A stretch of 64,000 nucleotides of DNA from Promethearchaeota archaeon (GTDB lineage Archaea > Asgardarchaeota > Lokiarchaeia > Sigyniarchaeales > SOKP01). The position numbers and the translations under genes were made by a program. The DNA lies in the NCBI GenBank assembly GCA_016839745.1, contig JAEOTS010000116.1, positions 1 to 64,000 on the forward strand, given 5' to 3'. Position 1 is the first letter of the stretch. Each line of letters begins with the position of its first letter. The notes below the pieces were generated by a model, which had not been told where the DNA came from, did not search any database, and was given only the letters and a program-made list of their open reading frames with translations. Shown one piece after another: positions 31,307 through 40,985 of the stretch.

Positions 31307-32694
31307 GCGTCATTTATAAAAAGATAAAGAAAATTATTGGACCTTTAGTGTTTTTAGATAATAAACATGATGTACAATATGGTGAGATCGTCAAAATCAG
31401 AACGGACGATGGTAAAGAACGAACGGGCCAAGTTGTGAAAATGGACGAGAGTACAATAACTATCGAAGTATTTGAGGATACAGCTGGACTGTCTTCCGAA
31501 AATTCTACAATTACCTTCACTGAAGATTCATTTAAAATAAAAATATCTAGTGATATGTTTGGAAGGGTGTTTAACTCCTTAGGAAAACCGATTGATATCA
31601 ATACAAAACAAGTATTAGAATCTGATATTTTAACTGAAATAGAAAGAGATATAAATGGTTTACCTATTAATCCATTTGCTCGAGAATATCCTTCAGAAGT
31701 TATTCAAACAGGAATCTCTGTGATAGATGGTCTTTTTACGTTAATTAGAGGGCAAAAACTCCCAATTTTTAGCGATCAAGGAATGCCCCATAATTTATTA
31801 GCAGCACAAATTGTTACTCAAGCCAAAGTTTTAACCGAAGAACCATTCTTAATAATTTTTTGCGGGATAGGAATCATCCAAGATGAAGCAATTTTTTTCA
31901 TGAAGCGTTTTCAAGAGAGCGGAAACATTCAGAATATTATTTCTTTTATCAACTTTGCTGATGATCCAATAATGGAAAGATTAATTGTTCCTCGTGTAGC
32001 TTTAACTACCGCGGAATATTTTGCATTTGAAAAAGACATGCATGTTCTCGTAATTTTAATTGACATGACCAATTACGCAGAAGCATTGAGAGAGTTAAGT
32101 TCAGCTAAAGAAGAGATTCCTAGCAGGAAAGGATATCCCGGATATTTATATACTGATTTTGCATCTCTCTACGAAAGAACTGGAAAAATTAAGGGCAAAA
32201 AGGGAACTATAACACAAATTCCGATTCTAACAATGCCAGGAGGAGATATAGCCCACCCTATTCCGGACACTACTGGATATATTACCGAAGGTCAATTAGT
32301 TCTAAATCGCAATTTGGACAAAAAAGGAATCTATCCTCCGCTTGAGGTTTTAGCTTCTATTTCCCGGTTAATGAAAGATGCTATTGGTAAAGATACTACT
32401 AGGGAAGACCATGCGGATGTTAGTTCTCAATTATTATCTTCTTACTCCGCTGCTCTTGAAGTTAGAGACCTTATATCAATTGTTGGAGAAGATGGATTAA
32501 GTTTTAATCAGAAAGCATTATTGAAATTTGGAGAAGTTTTCGAGCAAACTTTTTTAAATCAAAGTCATTCTGAGGAAAGAGATATTAAATCAACGCTAGA
32601 TATAGCTTGGAAGGCTTTATCTCATATACCAAGGCATCAATTATTTAGGATTCATCAAGAATTAATCGATAAATATTATGTTGGAGAGGTGTAA
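31303..32694 (+). CDS. atpB: A/V-type ATP synthase subunit B
   Basis: [53 protein letters not shown]. Confidence 0.96.
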   Translation: MSVIYKKIKKIIGPLVFLDNKHDVQYGEIVKIRTDDGKERTGQVVKMDESTITIEVFEDTAGLSSENSTITFTEDSFKIKISSDMFGRVFNSLGKPIDINTKQVLESDILTEIERDINGLPINPFAREYPSEVIQTGISVIDGLFTLIRGQKLPIFSDQGMPHNLLAAQIVTQAKVLTEEPFLIIFCGIGIIQDEAIFFMKRFQESGNIQNIISFINFADDPIMERLIVPRVALTTAEYFAFEKDMHVLVILIDMTNYAEALRELSSAKEEIPSRKGYPGYLYTDFASLYERTGKIKGKKGTITQIPILTMPGGDIAHPIPDTTGYITEGQLVLNRNLDKKGIYPPLEVLASISRLMKDAIGKDTTREDHADVSSQLLSSYSAALEVRDLISIVGEDGLSFNQKALLKFGEVFEQTFLNQSHSEERDIKSTLDIAWKALSHIPRHQLFRIHQELIDKYYVGEV

Positions 32695-32700
32695 CCAAAA

Positions 32701-33339
32701 GCGTCTTTTCGTGAATTCCGGCCCACCAAAACTAATCTACTCTCGCTGCAGAAGAGATTAAATTTTGCGGTCAAGGGTGAAAACTTTTTGAAATTTAAAT
32801 TAGAGCAATTAATGGTTGAGATCAAAGGAAATTGGGAAAATTATTTAAAGAGTCGTGAAATCTTTATCGATTTATACAAAGAAACTATGATTAAACTTCA
32901 TCAAACTTATAAAGAAATGGGAAAAAGAGACTTTAGCTTAGTCAGTAAGTTGAGTAAACTTCAATACAAACCTACGATAGATGTAAAGTATTTTAAAAAG
33001 ATTGGATCGTTAATTCCTGTAATTGAATATAAGTTGATAAAGGAGGAATTACTTCCTGCTTATTCATTTGAAAATTCAAGTCATTACCTTGATGACTTAA
33101 TAATAGTTTTAGAAATTTTTTTTGAACAACTCATTATCTTTGCAAAATTAGAAGATATAATGTTAAAGATCTCTCTGTCTTACAAGAAAATAAACCGAAG
33201 AATTAGAGGATTAAAAAATGTGATTATTCCTGAATTACAACTCGAAATAAAAAAAATAAAAGAGATATTAGAAGAAAACGAAAGAGAAAACTATGTTCGC
33301 TTAAAGAATACAAAAGACTTGATAACTAAAGAAATTTAA
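32701..33339 (+). CDS. atpD: A/V-type ATP synthase subunit D
   Basis: The conserved N-terminus RPTKTNLLSLQKRLNFAVKGENFLKFK lies upstream of TTG 32788; C-terminal RRIRGLKNVIIP..LEENERENYVRLK. Confidence 0.88.
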   Translation, partial: ASFREFRPTKTNLLSLQKRLNFAVKGENFLKFKLEQLMVEIKGNWENYLKSREIFIDLYKETMIKLHQTYKEMGKRDFSLVSKLSKLQYKPTIDVKYFKKIGSLIPVIEYKLIKEELLPAYSFENSSHYLDDLIIVLEIFFEQLIIFAKLEDIMLKISLSYKKINRRIRGLKNVIIPELQLEIKKIKEILEENERENYVRLKNTKDLITKEI

Positions 33340-33356
33340 TTAGAAGTGATTTAAAA

Positions 33357-35681
33357 ATGGCAGAAAAAAGTGTTATGGTATTATTTAGGGTTAATATTAA
33401 TCAAAATTACAGGGATCTCCTCCTACAACATCTATCTCAACTATATTTGGTTCACATTAAAACTAGACCAGAAGAAAGTGCGAAATTTGAAAGGGATGAT
33501 GTTTTATTTGAGAGAATTAATAACTTGAGTCAGAGTTTAGAATCCTTATTTAAAAGTCTTGATATTACAGAATCTGATTTCCAAAAATTAAGTTTTGAAC
33601 CTGATGAGAGGAAAAAATTTGAAGTGAAAGATATTGACGATTTAATAAACCAACTTGTAAATGAAATTAATTATTATTCCAATCGGATTAATGAGTTAAA
33701 AAATAATCGTACTTCTATTGAAATTGAGCTAGAAAAAATCAACACAATCCATGGAAGTTATCTATTTTTAGAGAAATACAAGTTAACTCGAGATAAATTA
33801 ATGAAATTCAAACTTTTGGAATTTAAAGCCTTTACAACATTCGCAAAGAATCTAGAAAATATTGAAAATATCTTTGAATTCTCGCATTTTCCAAATTTTC
33901 TTCATTATGATTATCTAAGTAATGAAAGAATCGCATTTTTTATAATCTATCCTAAGGAAAACGAGGATGAATTTAGAGAAAGGATACGGCTAATTCACGC
34001 CGAAGAGGTACCGATTCTAAAAAAGTATTTACTCTCTGATGGGATAAACTTTCCTCGAATAGCAAAAGAAATCAAGTTTGTAATTACTTCTTTAAACAAA
34101 AATCAAAAGGAATTAGATAGATTAAGGGACGATCACCTCCTTCTGTTTGCTGCGGCTTATGAGATAGTAAAAAATCTGGAAGAATATAACTGGGTTTCTC
34201 ATCAATTCGAAGAATTATCCTTAAATCGATTAAGTTTGAGTTTTTACCTGCCTAAAGGCAAAGAGAAAGAAATCCAACAAGGGTTAATTGAGAAATTTGA
34301 AGATAAAATTACAATCGATTCGATCGATATTACAAAAAGTAAATTTGTAAGTCTGAAAGAGGATAGGGATCACGTACATTCTGGGAAGTCTAAAGATGCA
34401 AAAGAAGGAACAATTTCAAAAGAAGAAACAGCAGTGAAAGAAAAAGAAGAAGAAAAAAAAGATTTAAGACATTCTGCTCCTACTATCATGAGGAATAATT
34501 TCTTTGTGAGACCTTTTGAAACAGTTACTAAAATGTATGGGGTTCCTGCGTATTCAGAAATTGATCCGACCCCAATTATTGCTATAACATTTCCAATTTT
34601 GTTCGGGATAATGTTTGGAGATATTGGACATGGTCTTGTCTTAATTATTGCAGGTTTAGTTGGTGCGATAATTTATAGAAACAAAAAAGGAAAGGATTTT
34701 TTAAATTTTTGCTGGATCATTCTATATTGTGGTGTTGGAGCGGTGATAATTGGATTTCTTTACGGTGAATTTTTTGGAATGCACGAAATTAAGTTATTTA
34801 ATACAGTTTTCATGCATTTAGAACCTATGACGATTCCTATATTGAATATTACATTGTACAATCCCTTAGATAATATAATGTCAGTTTTTAAGTTTGCAGT
34901 CTTGGTTGGAGTGTTCCACCTTAATTTGGGCTGGTTCGTTCAATTTTTAAATTATTGGAAACAAAAAAGAAAATTCTTAGGTTTTACTGATTCCTTAATG
35001 AAAATATTGTTATTGACTGGAGGAACTATTCTAATTTTTACTTTTGGATTTGACGTTTATTCTTGGTTAGAACCTCAAGTAATATTCAACTTTGGAGCCT
35101 TTACATTTAGTACCTTTCCCATTTTATTGCCGCTAGTTCCAGGTTTACTCTTGATTGTGTTAAAACCTTTAGGTAAAGTATTACATATATCTTATTTGAG
35201 CGAAGAATCTGTTGGCGGACTTATTGGAGAAGGTACAATGGAGACTTTTGAAACGCTACTATCAATTATGAGTAACGTAGCGTCTTATATAAGATTACTA
35301 GCGTTAGCCCTAGCACACATATCATTAATGGTTGCAATCACAGCAATGGGTAATTTAGTTCAAGGTGAGGGTATAGTTAACGATATTATCAATCTCGTAG
35401 GTTCTATATTTGGGAATATGATTGTTATTCTGCTAGAAGGATTATTAGTCTTTATAAATGCTATCAGACTTCATTTCTATGAATTTTTCTTTAAATTTTA
35501 TCAAGGTAGTGGTGTAAACTTCATTCCATTCTATTCAGACGATATATATTCAGTAATAAATTTCAAGATAAGTAGCATTAAAGATGTAATATCCGAAGAA
35601 ATAGATAGAGAAATCGAGTCAAAAATAACTCAAAAAGACATAATGGAAGCAGAAAAACTTGTTTCTAAAAAATATATGTAA
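33357..35681 (+). CDS. atpI: A/V-type ATP synthase subunit I (a)
   Basis: PFE..MYGVP.YSEIDPT, FGIMFGDIGHG, SYIRLLAL (essential Arg), RLHFYEFF.KFY.G.G. Confidence 0.95.
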   Translation: MAEKSVMVLFRVNINQNYRDLLLQHLSQLYLVHIKTRPEESAKFERDDVLFERINNLSQSLESLFKSLDITESDFQKLSFEPDERKKFEVKDIDDLINQLVNEINYYSNRINELKNNRTSIEIELEKINTIHGSYLFLEKYKLTRDKLMKFKLLEFKAFTTFAKNLENIENIFEFSHFPNFLHYDYLSNERIAFFIIYPKENEDEFRERIRLIHAEEVPILKKYLLSDGINFPRIAKEIKFVITSLNKNQKELDRLRDDHLLLFAAAYEIVKNLEEYNWVSHQFEELSLNRLSLSFYLPKGKEKEIQQGLIEKFEDKITIDSIDITKSKFVSLKEDRDHVHSGKSKDAKEGTISKEETAVKEKEEEKKDLRHSAPTIMRNNFFVRPFETVTKMYGVPAYSEIDPTPIIAITFPILFGIMFGDIGHGLVLIIAGLVGAIIYRNKKGKDFLNFCWIILYCGVGAVIIGFLYGEFFGMHEIKLFNTVFMHLEPMTIPILNITLYNPLDNIMSVFKFAVLVGVFHLNLGWFVQFLNYWKQKRKFLGFTDSLMKILLLTGGTILIFTFGFDVYSWLEPQVIFNFGAFTFSTFPILLPLVPGLLLIVLKPLGKVLHISYLSEESVGGLIGEGTMETFETLLSIMSNVASYIRLLALALAHISLMVAITAMGNLVQGEGIVNDIINLVGSIFGNMIVILLEGLLVFINAIRLHFYEFFFKFYQGSGVNFIPFYSDDIYSVINFKISSIKDVISEEIDREIESKITQKDIMEAEKLVSKKYM

Positions 35682-35716
35682 CTTATACTTTTGATTTTTA
35701 AGTAGGAAATTATACA

Positions 35717-36226
35717 ATGAAAAATGAGAATAACCAGAGAGGAAGATTTGTAAAAACATTAATTCTAATCATTTATTTAGTTTTTGTTGTTTTCCTCTTC
35801 TATATTTTATTTATATTTGGGATTAATCCAGTTATTATAGTATTATTACTCATATGTATATCTTCAATCATTCTAGGAATTTTCTTTAGACAAAAAAAAA
35901 AATCAATTTATTCAGAATTATATCCTGATAAAAAACGAAATAAAATTCAGCGTCCTCCTAGAAAGTTAGAATTGAACATTGAAACAGATTCTGAGAAATT
36001 AGTACAAAAAAAATTGAGAAATGTGGACCTGAATTTTAAATATCGCAAATCTCTTATCAATAAATGCGAAAACTGCGGAATGATGATAACTGGTTACAAG
36101 AAAAGGTGTCCTACATGTGGTAAGGATTTTGAATTAAAAGAAGTAATCAAGAAATGCAAAACATGTGGAATGATGATTCCCAAATCTACAAAAAAGTGCC
36201 CAATCTGCGGAACGCGAACATTATAA
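35717..36226 (+). CDS. membrane-anchored tandem zinc-ribbon protein
   Basis: Two N-terminal TM helices; repeats KCENCGMM..CPTCG and KCKTCGMM..CPICG. Confidence 0.8.
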   Translation: MKNENNQRGRFVKTLILIIYLVFVVFLFYILFIFGINPVIIVLLLICISSIILGIFFRQKKKSIYSELYPDKKRNKIQRPPRKLELNIETDSEKLVQKKLRNVDLNFKYRKSLINKCENCGMMITGYKKRCPTCGKDFELKEVIKKCKTCGMMIPKSTKKCPICGTRTL

Positions 36227-36260
36227 TATTTAAAATAGATAAAAAATTGAGATTATAAAA

Positions 36261-38090
36261 ATGGTTTTAGCTATTAACGAATCCAAGGAAGGATTTATCT
36301 CTGCGGTTAATGGTTCATTAGTGGAAATAAAAGGCCTAGAGAATGATGTCAGACTTAATGACTTAATAAAAATAAGCAATCATAATTTTTTATGTCAAGT
36401 AATCCAAATATTTTCCAACCGCGTTATTGCTCAATCCTTTGAAAACACTAACAGTATTAAATTGAACGAGAAAGTCGTCAGCCTTAAAGAACCTTTATCT
36501 ATGGAATTAGGTCCTGGGTTAATAGCAAATGTCTTTGATGGAATACAGCGACCACTAGACCTTACTTTCGATTTTTTTCAAGAAGGAAGATTAAATAAAG
36601 GACTTGAATTTCCATCTCTTTCAAGAACGAAAAAATGGCACTTTGTTCCAACTAGAAAAATAAATGAGATCGTGGATAGTGGTGACGAGATTGGAACGGT
36701 TCAAGAGACTCCTACTTTATATCATAAAATAATGGTGCCACCTGGAAAATCAGGCGTATTATTTTCAATTGTAGATGAAGGTGATTACACTATTATTGAC
36801 GATATCTATAGTTTAAAAAGTGATAACAAAGAGGAATCGTTTTGCATGCTGCAAAAATGGCCAGTTACAAAGAGAAAGCCTTTTAGTGAAAAAGAGCAAC
36901 CTAGCGAGCCGTTGTTGACTGGTGTGCGGATAATTGATTTACTATTTCCTGTAGCAAAAGGTGGTACTTTTGCTGTTCCAGGAGGATTTGGAACAGGTAA
37001 AACAATTATCCAACAGAACATCGCTAAGTATTGCAGTGCAGATTTAATTGTCTTCATAGGTTGCGGGGAACCTGGGAATGAGATAGCCAACTTCCTTAAA
37101 CAGTTTACTGAAACAATTGATCCTGATACTGGAAGACCGTTACTGGACCGGATCGTCCTTATAGTAAATACTTCAAACATGCCTGTATCAGCACGAGAAG
37201 CAAGCCTTTTCTCAGGCATAACAATCGCAGAATATTACAGAGATATGGGTTACGATGTTGCGGTTATTGCAGATAGCATATCAAGATGGGCAGAATCTTT
37301 AAGAGAGATCTCGGGATTATTAGAGGAAATGCCTGCTGAAGAAGGTTATCCCGCTTATTTACCATCGAAATTATCAAGTTTCTATGAACGAGCTGGTGTA
37401 TTTACGACTCTAGGGCACGATCCTAAGGGGAAAAAAAGAAAAGGGTCTATATCTATTATAGGATCAATATCTCCCCCCGCAGGAGATTTTAGTGAACCAG
37501 TTACCTCCGCTACAAAACGCGTGGTTCAAGGAATCTGGGCTCTAGATCCAAAATTAGCATATCTGAAACATTATCCCGCTATTAGTTGGATAAATTCCTA
37601 TTCAAATTACCCTGAATATTTAGCAGATTGGTGGGAGAAGATAGATAAAATTTGGCTTGATTTAAAACTAAATTGGTTTGAATGTAGAAAGCAGGTAAAT
37701 GAGATATTAGCAAAAGAAAACGATCTGAAATACATTACTCAATTACTTGGACAGAAAAATTTAGCTGAAGATCAAAAATTAGAACTATTTACAGCGGATC
37801 TTATAAGAAATGCTTTTTTTATTCAAAACGCTTTCAATGAGGTCGATAATTTTACGAGTAGTAAAAAAATGTTAAGTCTCATCAAGGTTATTCTTCTCTT
37901 ATACAATAAAAGCAAATCGCTTATAAAACGAGGTTTTATAATGAACGATAGAAAATGTGATGAAGTCCTCAACGAGATCATGCGAATTAGCCATTATGTT
38001 CTTAACGAAGATTTTGAACCAATTGAAAAGCTAAAGAAGAACATTAGTAATGATGCAGTGAGCTTGGTTTACACAACTCAACATAAGTAG
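36261..38090 (+). CDS. atpA: second, divergent A/V-type ATP synthase subunit A paralog
   Basis: Full-length paralog of 29465-31306 with GGFGTGKT, but GCGEPGNE and DSISRWAE. Confidence 0.9.
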   Translation: MVLAINESKEGFISAVNGSLVEIKGLENDVRLNDLIKISNHNFLCQVIQIFSNRVIAQSFENTNSIKLNEKVVSLKEPLSMELGPGLIANVFDGIQRPLDLTFDFFQEGRLNKGLEFPSLSRTKKWHFVPTRKINEIVDSGDEIGTVQETPTLYHKIMVPPGKSGVLFSIVDEGDYTIIDDIYSLKSDNKEESFCMLQKWPVTKRKPFSEKEQPSEPLLTGVRIIDLLFPVAKGGTFAVPGGFGTGKTIIQQNIAKYCSADLIVFIGCGEPGNEIANFLKQFTETIDPDTGRPLLDRIVLIVNTSNMPVSAREASLFSGITIAEYYRDMGYDVAVIADSISRWAESLREISGLLEEMPAEEGYPAYLPSKLSSFYERAGVFTTLGHDPKGKKRKGSISIIGSISPPAGDFSEPVTSATKRVVQGIWALDPKLAYLKHYPAISWINSYSNYPEYLADWWEKIDKIWLDLKLNWFECRKQVNEILAKENDLKYITQLLGQKNLAEDQKLELFTADLIRNAFFIQNAFNEVDNFTSSKKMLSLIKVILLLYNKSKSLIKRGFIMNDRKCDEVLNEIMRISHYVLNEDFEPIEKLKKNISNDAVSLVYTTQHK

Positions 38091-38122
38091 TAGAATTATA
38101 GTAGTTATTCATTTTATCTGGT

Positions 38123-38725
38123 TTAGGGTTTGAACCATTCAAAGAAGTAGTAACTCATAGTTAGAGGATTAGCGATAACGAACTTCTTCCTTACTGATGT
38201 AGCCAAACGTCCTGCACGAACCATATCAATAGCGGTTATTTTTGCGTCATTAGGCAAAACATGAGCTATAAATGGTGAGTGCTCTAATCCCGGTCCTTTT
38301 TTGTATACTACAAAATCAGCACCAAACTTTAAACCGGGTCGGGGGATGTACCCTTTTTTTCTTAAATCTTGATAAATTACAAATTTTTCTTCAAATTTAT
38401 GGTGATTATTTTTACTTATATCATAGAATTCATCATGTGAGTAGTATTTATCTAGTTTAGGGTCGTAAATAGTAATTTTATCATTTTTTAACAAATACAT
38501 TGCTTCTATTAGGGATAGCTCCGAAGGTTTAGAAAAATATTCTAATCGAGGTTTGCTTATTCCAACTGGAGACCCAAAAAACTTTTGTTTTACATATAAA
38601 TACGAAGCAAAGAGAGGATTAAAAACAATAACGCGATTATTGATAAATTTAGTTGGAATTTTTTCTGGGATGTCTTTTTCGTCTATATCCTCCAGTGAAA
38701 TAGGAGATTCTTTTTCGTCAGTCAT
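38123..38725 (-). CDS. endA: tRNA-intron endonuclease, single catalytic unit
   Basis: LSLIEAMYL, YQDLRKKGY, GLKFGADFVVY, HS, RLATSVRKK with the Y/H/K triad. Confidence 0.93.
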   Translation of the reverse strand: MTDEKESPISLEDIDEKDIPEKIPTKFINNRVIVFNPLFASYLYVKQKFFGSPVGISKPRLEYFSKPSELSLIEAMYLLKNDKITIYDPKLDKYYSHDEFYDISKNNHHKFEEKFVIYQDLRKKGYIPRPGLKFGADFVVYKKGPGLEHSPFIAHVLPNDAKITAIDMVRAGRLATSVRKKFVIANPLTMSYYFFEWFKP

Positions 38726-38832
38726 CTAATAAGATGTATTAAAAATTATTTAATAATTCTTTTAATTAAGTAAACAACAAATGAAAGTATATATATTTCT
38801 CAATAAATGTTATTTATGGGAAGGTGATAAAT

Positions 38833-39714
38833 TTGGTTATAAGAAAAGCATCACACGCGGGAAGTTGGTATCCTAGTAAAAAAGAAGTTCTAATAAAAGA
38901 TCTGGAGTCTTCTTTTTACGATAGCGAATTCGGTCCTGGTAAATTGCCTAAATCGCTAAATGCGGAAACAAGAACAATAGTCGGAGCAGTATCTCCTCAT
39001 GCGGGATATGCTTTTTCGGGAAGATGTGCTGCCTTCACCTATTTAAATTTATTTAAAGAGAGAATCCCAGACACAGTTATTGTACTAGGAACTGATCATG
39101 TCGGTTATGGAGGAGTCGCTCTTTTAGGGGATGGAGCCTGGGAAACGCCAATAGGAAACTTGGAGATCGATATCGAATTATCTCAGAAGATTCTTGAGAC
39201 TAGCGATATTATTGTTGATGATTCTTCCGCTTTTACCGGATTTATGGAACAAGAACATAATATAGAGATTCAATTACCTTTCATTAAATATTGCTCGAAA
39301 GATAAAGATGTTAAAATAGTAACTATAAAAATTGGGGGTAAAAAGGAGTACTCTATGTTTGAAGCATTAGCAAATGATATAGCAACATCAATTAATGCTC
39401 TGAATAAAGATGTTGTCATAGTAGCTTCATCAGATATGTCCCATAAAAATGTTTCTAGTACAGAGCAGTTAGATCAGTTCAAAAAAATAGATCATAGTGT
39501 TATTGATGCTTTTGTAGAATTTGATCCTAAAAAGACTCTTTTAGCTGCTTCGCAAACAACTGTATGTGGAGCACAAACGATAACGACATTAATGTTGATT
39601 TGCAAGAATTTAAATTGCAGTAGCGGTAAATTATTGAAGTACTATACTAGTACCGATGTCAGAGGAGAATATGGATATTGTGTTGGATATTTTTCCGGAA
39701 TATTAGTGAAATAA
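38833..39714 (+). CDS. amrB: MEMO1-family protein (AmmeMemoRadiSam system protein B)
   Basis: AGSWYP, PHAGY..SG, WETPIG, EHNIEIQLPF, ASSDMSH, TVCG; TTG 38833 follows SD AGGTGA. Confidence 0.9.
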   Translation: MVIRKASHAGSWYPSKKEVLIKDLESSFYDSEFGPGKLPKSLNAETRTIVGAVSPHAGYAFSGRCAAFTYLNLFKERIPDTVIVLGTDHVGYGGVALLGDGAWETPIGNLEIDIELSQKILETSDIIVDDSSAFTGFMEQEHNIEIQLPFIKYCSKDKDVKIVTIKIGGKKEYSMFEALANDIATSINALNKDVVIVASSDMSHKNVSSTEQLDQFKKIDHSVIDAFVEFDPKKTLLAASQTTVCGAQTITTLMLICKNLNCSSGKLLKYYTSTDVRGEYGYCVGYFSGILVK

Positions 39715-39757
39715 CGTAAATAAATAAACTAAAATTAAAGAAAAAATTTTGAGAAAC

Positions 39758-40834
39758 ATGTCAGAGGAAAATGAGAAGGTTGAGGATTTTATAAGTTTAT
39801 GGAAAAAGAAATTATCAACAGAAAACACCCCCTCCGTAATTGGAGATCTACAAAAAGAAAACGAACTTTTACGGAGCAAAATCACGACAAATATAGAACT
39901 GATTACTAAATCTGAGGATATACTAAAAAAAGCTGTCGAGGAAAAAGAAAAATTAAGAGTAGAAAAAGATGAGGCAGTAACAGAAATAAGCATAAAACTG
40001 GGCGAATTAACACAAGAAAATTCCGAGTTAGGAAGTAAAGTAAAAAGTATGATAAAACTGTTGTTAGAAAAAGACGAAGAAATTAAAGATAAAGATAAAT
40101 TGATATCTAATTTACAAAAAACAGGGGGATCTCCAGGACAAGCAGAGTTTACGTCAGATAATGTATTAGTGGATGAATTAAGAGCTCAAATAATTGACAA
40201 AAATTCTATAATACAAGATATGGAGATGAAAGTTTCAGACTTAACAAAAGAACTAGAGAAGTTAAACGAAGAACAAGTTGAAAATTTAAGAGGTAAACCT
40301 GTGGATTTCGTCGTTGAAGTATCTCCTACTGAACCTTCAGTGATTAAACCTCTACCTCCTGAACCATCCTCAAAGCCGCTTGAAATATTATGTCAGGACT
40401 TACAATCAGATTTAACGAAGTATAAACGAATAATCGATAAATTAAAACAAGAAAAAACAGAACTTAAAAGCGCGTTAGAAGGAGAAGGTCAATTTAGCGA
40501 TAAAGATTTAGAGGAACTGAAAAAAGAAAATGAATCTCTTAAAAATGATCTGGCAGATATGCAAAAATCTCTCAGTAAGGGGAAAAAGGAAACAGTACAA
40601 GTTGATACTAGTCAGCTTGATTTACAAATTTCGAATCTCCAAAACAAACTAAGAGAAAAAGATAGCATAATAGCAGATTTAAAATTATCAGCAATTTCTC
40701 CAACCGAAGTTTCGGGCAATCCTATGGCAGAATTGGTTGAGAACTTGCAAAAGAATATTAATAAATTAAAAACTACGATAAATGAAAAAGATAAAAAGAT
40801 TTTAGAGTTAAATAAAAGAATCTCGCAAATGTAA
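39758..40834 (+). CDS. long coiled-coil protein, hypothetical
   Basis: Heptad-rich segments separated by Pro-rich linkers; ATG 39758 preferred to TTG 39749. Confidence 0.7.
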   Translation: MSEENEKVEDFISLWKKKLSTENTPSVIGDLQKENELLRSKITTNIELITKSEDILKKAVEEKEKLRVEKDEAVTEISIKLGELTQENSELGSKVKSMIKLLLEKDEEIKDKDKLISNLQKTGGSPGQAEFTSDNVLVDELRAQIIDKNSIIQDMEMKVSDLTKELEKLNEEQVENLRGKPVDFVVEVSPTEPSVIKPLPPEPSSKPLEILCQDLQSDLTKYKRIIDKLKQEKTELKSALEGEGQFSDKDLEELKKENESLKNDLADMQKSLSKGKKETVQVDTSQLDLQISNLQNKLREKDSIIADLKLSAISPTEVSGNPMAELVENLQKNINKLKTTINEKDKKILELNKRISQM

Positions 40835-40985
40835 TTAATAGATTTTTTACAAATTTATTAAATACACTCTTATTTTAATTATTTATAAAATGATTTTCTT
40901 TACTCAGACTTAAACCATAAATACAGTTTTCAAATATAATGAATGAGTAAGTTTTTTCAATAATAAGAGATTAAAAGAAGAAAAC

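Noticed and set aside
26583-38090. The atp operon as a decaying pseudo-operon explaining the odd starts
   Set aside because: No frameshifts or internal stops, and the key residues (K Glu, I Arg, A P-loop/GER) are intact. Not formally excluded without dN/dS.
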